A stretch of 64,000 bases of DNA, taken from contig CAVSHR010000004.1 of assembly GCA_963727625.1 (NCBI GenBank), positions 1,280,001 through 1,344,000 of the forward strand. Reading direction: 5' to 3'. This DNA is from an uncultured delta proteobacterium. GTDB lineage: Bacteria > Desulfobacterota > Binatia > UBA9968. A program made the translations under genes and the position numbers. Each line of letters opens with the position of its first letter. The stretch's first letter is position 1. The notes under the pieces are model-generated. The model was not told where the DNA came from. It worked only from the letters and a program-made list of their open reading frames with translations, and did no database searches. This document shows, one piece after another, positions 51,066 to 59,839 of the stretch.

Positions 51066-52349
51066 TCAACCCAGTTCTTCGCCGGGTTGCTCTTGCGACG
51101 CGAAAGCAAGCAGCATAACTGTCACCGCTAGCAAAACCATCGAGCTCAGCGCGAGCGACCAATGGATTCCGATCAGCCCACCGAGAACCCCTACCGTTAA
51201 ACCGCTGAAGGCGCGCAAGCCGTAGGCGGACATAGAAAATAGACCGATCAGGCGGCCGCGCAAGGCCACTGGCGCCTCCAATTGAACGATCGTCTGCGCG
51301 ATCGAGTAAAACGACAAATTCAACGCCCCCGCGGCAAATAAAATCGCGAGCGACAACGGGTAGCTGTTTGAAAAAGCAAAAGCGGTCATCGCCACGCACC
51401 AGAGAATCGCGCAGCCGATCGCCGCTTTGACCGTCGGCGGTAACCAGGCTTTGCCGTCGAGCACGAAGCCGCCGAACACCGAACCCGCCGCGTTGGCCGC
51501 GAGCAGCGCGCTATAGGCGAAATCGGTCTTGCCGGTACCGAGGTCATGGGCAAACTCCGGCATATTCGCTTGAAACGCATTGCCGACGAACAGCGATGCC
51601 GCTCCGCCGAGAACGACCATCATGATCACCGGACGGTTATGCGCAACTTCTCCAATCACGTCGAGGGCGTCGCGCCAACGCAGCGCTCGGCGCGGCGCCG
51701 CACCTTCGCGGGTATGGCCGGTATAGGGCACCACCACCAGCCAGATCGTCAGCGGCAAATAGATCAGCGCATTGACGAACAGCCCCGCCGGCGCGCCGAA
51801 CCACAGCATCAGTCCGCCGCCGACCGCCGGGCCGAACAGAATTCCCAACTGGCGGCTCGTGGCGTTGAGCCGCACGGCGCTCGGCAGATCGTCCGAGCCG
51901 GCGATGTCGTGAATGATCAACTGCTCGGCCGGCGCCCAAAACACCCCCGCGATACCGTGAATCACCAGCAGCACGCAGGCATGCCAAATTTCGAGGGTGT
52001 CGGTGAGAAACAATACGGCCCAGGCAAACGACACGCCCATATACATCACCTGAGCGATTTGAATGAGCTTGCGGCAATCGTAGCGGTCGGCCAATCCGCC
52101 GAAATAGACTGACAGCAATAAAAACGGCGTCCAGTGGCTGATCACCGCGAAGCCGGCCAGCACCGGCGAATGGAATTTTTGAAAAAGCATCCAGTAAGAG
52201 ATCACATGCTCGATATTGTCCGCCATCATGGCGAACATGGTGGTGAAGAAAAACCAGCGGAAGTCGTGGTGCTGAAGCGCCGCAAAAGCGACTTTTCGAC
52301 CAACGCCAGTTCCGCTGGGCGGAGTTGAGGATGGGCTGCGTGGTTCCAA
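51066..52349 (-). CDS. MFS transporter (MFS_3/EntS-like), paralog 1
   Basis: FAALQHHDFR, DNIEHVISYW, GGLADRYDCR. Confidence 0.9.
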   Translation of the reverse strand: MEPRSPSSTPPSGTGVGRKVAFAALQHHDFRWFFFTTMFAMMADNIEHVISYWMLFQKFHSPVLAGFAVISHWTPFLLLSVYFGGLADRYDCRKLIQIAQVMYMGVSFAWAVLFLTDTLEIWHACVLLVIHGIAGVFWAPAEQLIIHDIAGSDDLPSAVRLNATSRQLGILFGPAVGGGLMLWFGAPAGLFVNALIYLPLTIWLVVVPYTGHTREGAAPRRALRWRDALDVIGEVAHNRPVIMMVVLGGAASLFVGNAFQANMPEFAHDLGTGKTDFAYSALLAANAAGSVFGGFVLDGKAWLPPTVKAAIGCAILWCVAMTAFAFSNSYPLSLAILFAAGALNLSFYSIAQTIVQLEAPVALRGRLIGLFSMSAYGLRAFSGLTVGVLGGLIGIHWSLALSSMVLLAVTVMLLAFASQEQPGEELG

Positions 52350-52578
52350 GGGACTAACCGGGATCTGACACGGATCGATTCAAAAGTAGCGAATATCGAA
52401 AAACGGTGCAAACCAAAGCGGCACGCAATGAGGAGGTGCTAAACGCGTGGGCTGACCCGAACCGAAGAGACGATCCAAGGTTTATCGTTCCTTGACAATC
52501 CCTTGGGCGACCGGATAGATGAAAGATTATCATCGGCTAATCACGCCGCGCCATTTTTAAATTGTAAGGAGAATTGTC

Positions 52579-53283
52579 ATGGCAGCAGACTTCGAAGACC
52601 ACTGTTGGAAAGATATCGTCACGCCGGAAATTCTTAAAACCTACACGCCCTATCACCGCGAAACTTATATCGGTCAAAGACCGGCGCTGTTGGCGATCGA
52701 TTTGTACAATCTTGCGTACCAAGGTGGTGCCAAACAGCCACACGAGCTAGTCGACACCTACAAAAGCTCCTGCGGCGTTTACGCTCACAACGCGATCAAG
52801 CCGACCGAAGAATTATTTGCCTTGGCGCGGTCACTGAAAATTCCGATCTTCTACACCACCACGGAAACCCGCAAGGAAGCCAAGCCGGACTCCATCTACG
52901 CCACCAACCGCCAGCGCGTAAAGATCGATCCCGAAGCCTTCGAGATCAAAGCAGAATTCCAACCGCAGCCTGGCGATGTGGTGATTTTCAAAGAACGCGC
53001 CAGCGGATTTTTCGGCACGCCGCTGGTCGCCCATCTGACCCAGTTGGGCATCGACAGCCTGATCGTCTGCGGCGAGAGCACCAGCGGCTGTGTGCGCGCC
53101 AGTTGCGTCGACGCCTATTCGCTCGGCTATCACGTGTCTATCGCCGAAGAGTGCGTTTTCGATCGCAGCCCGCTGTCGCATAAAGTGAATCTCTTCGACA
53201 TGCATCACAAGTATACCGACGTGATGAAGCTCGAAGAGGTCAAAGAAAAGATCAAACAAGAGCGGCCGCGCAAGCCGCATTAA
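52579..53283 (+). CDS. Isochorismatase family cysteine hydrolase (maleamate/N-carbamoylsarcosine amidase-like)
   Basis: ALLAIDL, KERASGFFGT, GESTSGCVRASCVDA. Confidence 0.88.
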   Translation: MAADFEDHCWKDIVTPEILKTYTPYHRETYIGQRPALLAIDLYNLAYQGGAKQPHELVDTYKSSCGVYAHNAIKPTEELFALARSLKIPIFYTTTETRKEAKPDSIYATNRQRVKIDPEAFEIKAEFQPQPGDVVIFKERASGFFGTPLVAHLTQLGIDSLIVCGESTSGCVRASCVDAYSLGYHVSIAEECVFDRSPLSHKVNLFDMHHKYTDVMKLEEVKEKIKQERPRKPH

Positions 53284-53286
53284 ACT

Positions 53287-53401
53287 CGTTCAAGCAGTTC
53301 AAAACGTTCAAGTCGTTCAGGTCGTCAGTTCCACCCAAAAGAACCGCCCAGCCGATTTGAACGATCTGAACGGAGCGCAGCGGTTGACCGGCTTGAACCC
53401 G
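53287..53401. repeat. Inverted 9-mer arrays (GTTCAAnnn arm / TTGAACnnn arm)
   Basis: gttcaagca gttcaaaac gttcaagtc gttcaggtc ... ttgaacgat ctgaacgga gcgcagcgg ttgaccggc ttgaacccg. Confidence 0.8.
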
Positions 53402-53413
53402 AGCATTTAAAGA

Positions 53414-54208
53414 ATGTACAGCACGGCCAACGGTGTAAGGATCTACTATGAAGTTTCCGGCGAAGGCATGCCCTTCGTTATGGTCCATGCCAATCCCTTC
53501 GACCATAATCTTTGGATGTACCAGATCACCCGCTTCTCGACCTACTTCAAAGTGATCGCCGTCGATATCCGTGGCTACGGCCGCTCCGACAAACCCGAGA
53601 CCCCGTTTACTCTCAAGGACATGACCGACGATGTGTTGGGCGTTTGCCGCGCCGAAGGGGTGCGGGAGGCGATTCTCGGCGGCGTCAGCGTCGGCTCGGG
53701 AATGGCGATTCTACTTGGTTTGGATCACCCCGAAATATTCAAGGCAATTATCCTGGTCGGCGGCAGCAGCGGACCGGGCGGGTCCATCGACGAGCGCATC
53801 CACGGATACACCCGGATCGGCATCAAAAAATATCACATTCAACATCTGCGCGAATTGGTCGCACCTGGCTTTCCCGAAACTAAGTTGGGCGAGTATCTGC
53901 TCAACATGTTCGTTGAAAAAGATCCCTGGCTCTCCGGCGAATCCATCGGCCAGATTTTTCGCGCCCGCGGCGGTCTCGACATGACGCCGCGGCTCCACAC
54001 GATGAAAGTGCCGACGCTGGTGATCAACGGCGAGTACGACAACTCTCTGGCCGGCGGCAAAAAAACCGCATCGCTGATTCCCGGCGCAGTGCATAAAATT
54101 CTGCCCAAGACCGGCCATGCCTGCAACATCGAAGATCCCGCTGGCTTCGACCAATTCGTCATCGAGTTTTTGCAGTTTCATGGGTTGATGCCGTTGCGTC
54201 CAAGCTAA
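53414..54208 (+). CDS. Alpha/beta hydrolase, enol-lactonase-like
   Basis: VHANP, DIRGYGRS, GVSVG, NGEYD, GHACNIEDP. Confidence 0.88.
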   Translation: MYSTANGVRIYYEVSGEGMPFVMVHANPFDHNLWMYQITRFSTYFKVIAVDIRGYGRSDKPETPFTLKDMTDDVLGVCRAEGVREAILGGVSVGSGMAILLGLDHPEIFKAIILVGGSSGPGGSIDERIHGYTRIGIKKYHIQHLRELVAPGFPETKLGEYLLNMFVEKDPWLSGESIGQIFRARGGLDMTPRLHTMKVPTLVINGEYDNSLAGGKKTASLIPGAVHKILPKTGHACNIEDPAGFDQFVIEFLQFHGLMPLRPS

Positions 54209-54264
54209 AAATTTCCAGTGCAGATGTCCGGCGCTTCACTGCTTGTCCAAGCCACACCGAATAC

Positions 54265-54350
54265 GAGATTCCTCGTCGCTTTGCTCCATCGGAATGACAG
54301 CAGATGGCGGCGAGGCATATTTGTCATTTCGAGCCTAGGGAGAAATCTTT
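54265..54350. repeat. Pair of GTCAT-type REP-like palindromes
   Basis: GAGATTCCTCGTCGCTTTGCTCCATCGGAATGACA ... TGTCATTTCGAGCCTAGGGAGAAATCT. Confidence 0.65.
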
Positions 54351-54426
54351 CTCCGTCCTTGATGTACACAACCTGCATGGACATGTTATAGGAATTGCCA
54401 TTCAAACTGACGGAGAGGAAACCTCC

Positions 54427-54981
54427 ATGAACGTTAATATCGCAAAGCTAAAAAGCATGGCGCCTCCCAAAGGCATGGAATTCCACATTGCCAAGGTCGG
54501 CCATGTCGTCCTGCAGGTGACCGATCTCGAACGCTCGACGGAATCCTACACGAAGGTTTTAGGTTTCAAGGTTTCGGACGTCTACCCCGAAGACATGATG
54601 CCCGGCGGCATGGTGTTTCTACGCTGCAACACCGATCATCACTGCCTTGCGCTGGTCGGCCAGGGCGACGGCAGCAGCAACCATCGCGAGCTACACCATC
54701 TTGCCTTCGAAGTACCGACGCTGGGCGAAGTGCTGCGCGCGCGCGATCGCTTGCGCGAATATAACGCCAAAATCGACTTCGAAGGCCGCAGACGCGCCGG
54801 TTGCCAGATCGCCGTGGAGTTTCGCGACCCTGATAATCATTCGTTGGAAATCTACTGGGGCGTCGATCAGGTCGGCAGCGACGGGCGCGTCCGGCCTCCC
54901 AACGAATGGCACGGCGTGCGATCCCTGGATGAAGCGATCGCCAATCCCGTGTCGGGACAGGACACGCACCTGTCCCGATGA
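54427..54981 (+). CDS. VOC family, single-domain extradiol dioxygenase-like
   Basis: GHVVL, DHHCLAL, LHHLAF, DPD...LEIY. Confidence 0.85.
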   Translation: MNVNIAKLKSMAPPKGMEFHIAKVGHVVLQVTDLERSTESYTKVLGFKVSDVYPEDMMPGGMVFLRCNTDHHCLALVGQGDGSSNHRELHHLAFEVPTLGEVLRARDRLREYNAKIDFEGRRRAGCQIAVEFRDPDNHSLEIYWGVDQVGSDGRVRPPNEWHGVRSLDEAIANPVSGQDTHLSR

Positions 54982-55940
54982 ATGCTGCGCCGGACTCTCT
55001 CGAAGATTTGATCCGCGCTTCATCCCACGCGCTGGTTGTTGGCGTGGGCGGTGGCGGCGACGTGGCGGGCGCCTTGGCGACAGCGAGATTCCTGCAATTT
55101 CTCGGCCTGAATTTCACCCTTGGCGGGCTCTCTTGGGAACGCATCGTGTACGACCCTGTTCCGGGACCGCGCAAGCTGAGTGAAGTCAGAAACGTCCGTG
55201 TCATCCATCCGTTTGCGTGGATGGCCAATCCGATGAGTCGAACCGAGACCGGGGTAGCATTTGCCGAATCGCGAATGGCCGCAGTCATCGGCGAGGAAGT
55301 GTTATTAATCGACATCAACGGCGGCGTGCAAGGTGTCGTCGACGCTTTAAAAACGTCTATGATGCATCTCGATGCCGACTTCCTCGTTGGCATCGACGTC
55401 GGCGGCGATTCCCTTGCCCAAGGCCATGAGCCGGGGCTGCGCAGCCCGCTGGCGGACTCAATCATGCTCGCGGCGTTTGCAGAACTGGAAGAGCGCGGCC
55501 AGCGCGCGCTCTGGGGCGTGTTCGGCTACGGCAGCGATGGCGAATTAACCGTCGATGAGATCGAAGCCGCGCTGAGCAGGCTGGGCTCTGTCGGCGCTCT
55601 GCTCGGCGGCTGGTCGCTGACTCCGCAGATCGCCGCGGAACTGGAACAGGTCGTCAGAACGGTGCCGACGGAAGCGAGCGCCGTGCCGCTCGAATGTTTC
55701 CGCGGCGCCTCCGGTACGAGAGCGATTCGCGACGGCGGGCGCAATCTCAAACTCACGCCCTTGGCCGCCCTGACTTTTGTTATGTCGCCATTTAAACTAT
55801 ATGAAACCCTGTCGCGGCCCGCGCAAGCTCTGCGCCGCAGCGCTTCCTTGGACGAAGCCAACGATGCACTGCATGCTATCGATATCCGCACCGAGCTCGA
55901 CTTCGAGCGAGATCAGTACAACTCTGCGAGGCCCCGGTGA
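54978..55940 (+). CDS. DUF1152 domain protein
   Basis: GVGGGGDV, IDVGGDSL...EPGLRSPLAD, GSDGEL. Confidence 0.8.
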   Translation: MNAAPDSLEDLIRASSHALVVGVGGGGDVAGALATARFLQFLGLNFTLGGLSWERIVYDPVPGPRKLSEVRNVRVIHPFAWMANPMSRTETGVAFAESRMAAVIGEEVLLIDINGGVQGVVDALKTSMMHLDADFLVGIDVGGDSLAQGHEPGLRSPLADSIMLAAFAELEERGQRALWGVFGYGSDGELTVDEIEAALSRLGSVGALLGGWSLTPQIAAELEQVVRTVPTEASAVPLECFRGASGTRAIRDGGRNLKLTPLAALTFVMSPFKLYETLSRPAQALRRSASLDEANDALHAIDIRTELDFERDQYNSARPR

Positions 55941-57193
55941 TTCGAAAATTCTTCGGCGATCCCAACCGCGATGCCGTGATTCTAATGACCTCGCGCGGCG
56001 TGCGCGCTTTCGCGTTCTCCTACCTGAGCGTCATCTTTGCCATTTACTTGAACCAGCTCGGCTATTCTACCGTGACCGTAGGTTTGGTCATTTCCATCGC
56101 CTACGCCAGCGGTGCCTTTCTCACCGCGGTGTGGGGCTACCTCTCGGACCGCTACGGCCGCAAGAATATTCTCATGCTGCTCGCCGCCCTGACGATCGTG
56201 TCGAACGTTATCTACATTTTCTTCAGTCACTTGATCTTCATCATCTCCGCCGTGGTGATCGCCAACGTCGGCGCCGGCGGTTCCGGGGCGGGCGGCCAGG
56301 GCGGCGGACCGATGAGCCCGGTGGAGCAGGCGCTGCTCGCGGAAAAATGCACACCGGCGAATCGCAACAAAGTTTTCGCCACCAACTCCTTCGTCGGCTC
56401 GATGATGGGAGCGCTCGGCGCCTTGGTCAGCGGCTTGCCCCAGTATCTGCAAGAGAGCTGGGGCTGGCAGGCGATACCGTCCTACAAGCCATTATTTTTT
56501 CTCACCATCCTTTTCAGCCTGGTTTTGATCTTCGCTTACTCGCGAATCGACGAGCATCACGTGGCGAAGAAACAAGAGAAAAAGAAGCTCGTGACCAAGA
56601 CCAATGCCTTCGTGATCAAAATGTCGCTGCTCGGCATGGTCGATAATTTCGGCGCGGGCCTCGTCAGCCCGCTGATCTCCTACTGGTTTTTTCTCCGTTA
56701 CGGTGTCGAACTCAAATCCTTGGGTTTCATGTTTTTTCTCTCCTACATACTCGCCGCTCTGTCGTTTCTCACCGCGCCGGTCGTCGCGCGCCGTATCGGC
56801 GTTGTACCGACCATGGCGTTTTCACACGGCGCGGCATCGCTGATCTGGATCAGCCTCCCGTTCGCGCCGACCTTCGCTATGGCCGCGACGATGACCATCG
56901 CGCGCTCCTACCTAGCGTACATGGACAACCCGCTGCGCAGCTCTTTTATCATGGGCGTAGTGCGACCCGAGGATCGCGGCTCGGCAGCAGGGTTATTGAC
57001 GCTCTCGCGCCAAGTTCCCGTCGCGATTAGCCCGACGATCGCGGCCTATATGATGCAAGCTTTCAGTTTGAACGTGCCGATCTTTATTGGCGGATTCTTG
57101 CAACTGTTCCACGACTGCCTTTTTTACCGGCTGTTCCGCAACGTCAAACCGCCCGAAGAACAAGCCGCAACCTCGAAAGCCGAGACAGCTTGA
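55937..57193 (+). CDS. MFS transporter
   Basis: About 12 TM; GYLSDRYGRK; MDNPLRSSF. Confidence 0.9.
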   Translation: MIRKFFGDPNRDAVILMTSRGVRAFAFSYLSVIFAIYLNQLGYSTVTVGLVISIAYASGAFLTAVWGYLSDRYGRKNILMLLAALTIVSNVIYIFFSHLIFIISAVVIANVGAGGSGAGGQGGGPMSPVEQALLAEKCTPANRNKVFATNSFVGSMMGALGALVSGLPQYLQESWGWQAIPSYKPLFFLTILFSLVLIFAYSRIDEHHVAKKQEKKKLVTKTNAFVIKMSLLGMVDNFGAGLVSPLISYWFFLRYGVELKSLGFMFFLSYILAALSFLTAPVVARRIGVVPTMAFSHGAASLIWISLPFAPTFAMAATMTIARSYLAYMDNPLRSSFIMGVVRPEDRGSAAGLLTLSRQVPVAISPTIAAYMMQAFSLNVPIFIGGFLQLFHDCLFYRLFRNVKPPEEQAATSKAETA

Positions 57194-57507
57194 TTATGAA
57201 TACACTATCCGCTCTTTCTTCGCTTACGTGGGACAATCCCCCGCTCGCGTCGTTTACCATGGCTATGGTCAAGTCCAGCGAGCGCGGCTCGGCCGCCGGC
57301 GTCACAAACATTGCGCGCATCGTGCCGTCCAGCATCAAACTGACCATTTCCACCTATCTCACGCAAACCTTATGGTTGACGCTTCCCTTGTTCATCGGCG
57401 GCGGCTTACAATTGATCGCGAGATGGCTTTCTTTTCCAGGTTTCGCCATATCAGGCCGCCGGAAGAACTGGCAACACTTCAAAGTAGAGCGACGGTCGAG
57501 GAATTGA
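57190..57507 (+). pseudogene. Decayed 3' end of a paralog of the upstream MFS
   Basis: WDNPPLASFTMAMVKSSERGSAAGVT...LPLFIGGGLQL versus upstream MDNPLRSSFIMGVVRPEDRGSAAGLL...VPIFIGGFLQL. Confidence 0.75.
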
Positions 57508-57511
57508 GCAG

Positions 57512-57913
57512 ATGAAGCGACCCAGGCACCCAACCGGCGCGGTATCTTTCCTGCACAGGATCGCGGAGCAGCGGATTCTTGAAGCGCAGCGAAACGGCGC
57601 CTTCGACAATCTTTCTAGCAAGGGCAAGCCGCTCGACTTGGAAGACTTAAGTTGGGTGCCGGAGGATCTGCGCATCGGCTACCACGTGCTCAAAAACGCC
57701 CATGTGTTACCACCCGAAGTCGAGCTACTCAAAGACATTCACAGGTTGGAAGACTTGCTCAAGCATGTCGAGGACGAAGGCGAACGCCGAGCCTTGGCCA
57801 AGAGCATCCAGTGGAAAATGATCCGCTTTGACATGCTCAAACGGCGCTCGCTGGATATGAACTCCCTGCGCCACTACGGCCGCAAGCTCGTCGCAAGATT
57901 TCAGTATAAGTAA
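57512..57913 (+). CDS. DUF1992 domain protein
   Basis: IAEQRILEAQRNGAFDNL..KGKPL, LKNAHVLPPEVEL. Confidence 0.85.
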   Translation: MKRPRHPTGAVSFLHRIAEQRILEAQRNGAFDNLSSKGKPLDLEDLSWVPEDLRIGYHVLKNAHVLPPEVELLKDIHRLEDLLKHVEDEGERRALAKSIQWKMIRFDMLKRRSLDMNSLRHYGRKLVARFQYK

Positions 57914-58031
57914 CTCAATCGCTGACTTGGCGATGACTTTGCGCTTTGCCTTTGGGCCCGCTTCTGTGGTACAAATTTGCTACTTTAACACGGCATACAA
58001 ATCGCGGCGAACCCACAGAAAGGAGCTTTTC

Positions 58032-58541
58032 ATGGCGGCAGAAAGTTCTCCCATCAAAATCAAAAAAATCGGTCACGTGGTTTTGAGCGTTAGCGACGTC
58101 GAGCGCAGCACAAAATTCTGGACCGATATTATGGGTTTTAAATTCTCCGACAAAAACGAGGGTGGCATGATGTTCTTTCGCAACGCCACCGATCACCACA
58201 CGGTTGCTTTGGTTCAGGCGACGGAGAAAAACGAATTGCCTAAGCGCGGCCAGGTGGGTTTTGATCACATGGCCCTGGAAGTGGCCACGGTCTCGGAGCT
58301 TTTCAAGATCCGCGACTTTCTCAAATCGAAAGGCGTGACGATTTTCTACGAAGGACGGCGCGGCCCGGGCGGAAACCCCGGTATTGAGTTCTACGATCCC
58401 GACGGTTATAAAATCGAAATCTATTCCGCCATGGACCAGATCGGCACCGACGGCCGCAGCCGGCCGGCAAACGAATGGAAACGGGCCACGACTCTAGAAG
58501 AAGCGGTGTCGAATCCGCTGCCCGGCACGGAATATCATTAA
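58032..58541 (+). CDS. VOC family, single-domain extradiol dioxygenase-like (paralog of 54427-54981)
   Basis: GHVVL, DHHTVAL, FDHMAL, DPDGY.IEIY; RBS AAGGAG. Confidence 0.85.
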   Translation: MAAESSPIKIKKIGHVVLSVSDVERSTKFWTDIMGFKFSDKNEGGMMFFRNATDHHTVALVQATEKNELPKRGQVGFDHMALEVATVSELFKIRDFLKSKGVTIFYEGRRGPGGNPGIEFYDPDGYKIEIYSAMDQIGTDGRSRPANEWKRATTLEEAVSNPLPGTEYH

Positions 58542-58572
58542 GGCCGGGATTTATCCGCTAGAGGAGTCGAAT

Positions 58573-58607
58573 AAAAGAGGGGCGGGTTCGAAACCCGCCC
58601 CTCTTTT
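58573..58607. terminator. Bidirectional intrinsic terminator
   Basis: AAAAGAGGGGCGGGTT-CGA-AACCCGCCCCTCTTTT between convergent genes. Confidence 0.85.
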
Positions 58608-58629
58608 TATGCCCAATGGAAACTCGCCG

Positions 58630-59757
58630 CTAACTCGCTTCGCCGCGAAGAATCTTTTCAAGCTGCTTCTGAGTTGCCTTGTAGTTTTTATTCTTGTTGA
58701 GCCACTGCGGCGAGCTGATGACGACCTTCGCACCCTTTGCCTTCGCCGCGTCAAGCTTCTTCTTCTGGTGCGATTCCGGGTATAAGTGAAAGTCAAGCCC
58801 GTCGATATCCCACATCATCTTCTGACCTTCGACCGTCTGCAGATAGGCAATAAACAAAGCCGCGGCATTCGGCGCCCGGGAGTTTTTTGGGATGCCGGCA
58901 TAGCGAGTATGCGAGATCGTGGCGTCTTCCATGATTGCATAGCCAAGCGGAATATTCTGCCGCTGGGCCATGTTCACCTCCTGATCGCCGCAAGCCAGTC
59001 CAAGCATGAGGAACTCACCGCTGGTGATGCGGTCCATCTCGCCGCAGCGAATCAAACCGCCGATATGTTTGGAATATTTTTTGACGAAGGCGATGACTTT
59101 CTCCTTGCCTAGAAGCTCCGGCATGGCAAATTCTCTGAATCCGGCGGCGTACGGGGTCGAGGCGATTTTGCCTTTCCACTTGGGGTTCATCAGATCTTCG
59201 AGTTTTTGCGGAATATCTTTCCCCTTCACCAAATTACTGTTGTAAATGACTCCAACCAAAGTTGAAGCCATCGCGATACCAATGCCACCGGGGACGATCG
59301 GATCGAAACCGGCTTCCTTTTGCATCGGCCGTTCCAGCAGCGAATACCAATCCATCGATTTGAGCGATTTGGCATCCATGGCCTGCAGCATCGATTGCGG
59401 ATTGCCGAAGTACACGTCGCTGCTCGCCGGTTGACCGGCGGCCAATTCGCGCGTGATTTTACCCATCATCCCCTGCATGTTGGCACCCGGTGTAAAAGAC
59501 GGCTTGAGGTTGAGGCCGTATTTTTTGTTCATCGCGGCGACAATCTTCTGCAGCCCAGGACCGCCGTCGAGCGTATCGGCGCCCCACTGCGCCCGTAGGG
59601 TGGTTTCCTTCTGCGCGCCTTTGATCAGTTCTGCGATGGCGGCTCCTTTGCCTCCCTCGGCCGCCGGCGCAGCGCTAACCCCGATAACGAAAATCAAACC
59701 GGCGGTGAAAGCTGCCGCGGTTAATATTGCGCCGAATTTGCGTCTATAAAGCATCAT
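58630..59757 (-). CDS. ABC transporter extracellular solute-binding protein (Fe3+/thiamine-type cluster)
   Basis: Signal peptide; YNSNLV..P...EDL.NPKWKGKI; APNAAALFIAYL...EGQK. Confidence 0.88.
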   Translation of the reverse strand: MMLYRRKFGAILTAAAFTAGLIFVIGVSAAPAAEGGKGAAIAELIKGAQKETTLRAQWGADTLDGGPGLQKIVAAMNKKYGLNLKPSFTPGANMQGMMGKITRELAAGQPASSDVYFGNPQSMLQAMDAKSLKSMDWYSLLERPMQKEAGFDPIVPGGIGIAMASTLVGVIYNSNLVKGKDIPQKLEDLMNPKWKGKIASTPYAAGFREFAMPELLGKEKVIAFVKKYSKHIGGLIRCGEMDRITSGEFLMLGLACGDQEVNMAQRQNIPLGYAIMEDATISHTRYAGIPKNSRAPNAAALFIAYLQTVEGQKMMWDIDGLDFHLYPESHQKKKLDAAKAKGAKVVISSPQWLNKNKNYKATQKQLEKILRGEAS

Positions 59758-59839
59758 TTGCCCTCCCTTTCTTTTTTGCCCATTCGCAATACTCAGTTCG
59801 TCCGTTTCCACTCAAAAGCGAATCGTTTACAGCCTAACT

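Noticed and set aside
58585-58600. GGTTCGAAACCC resembles a tRNA T-arm
   Set aside because: It is the loop of a long perfect terminator hairpin; no cloverleaf, D-arm or CCA.
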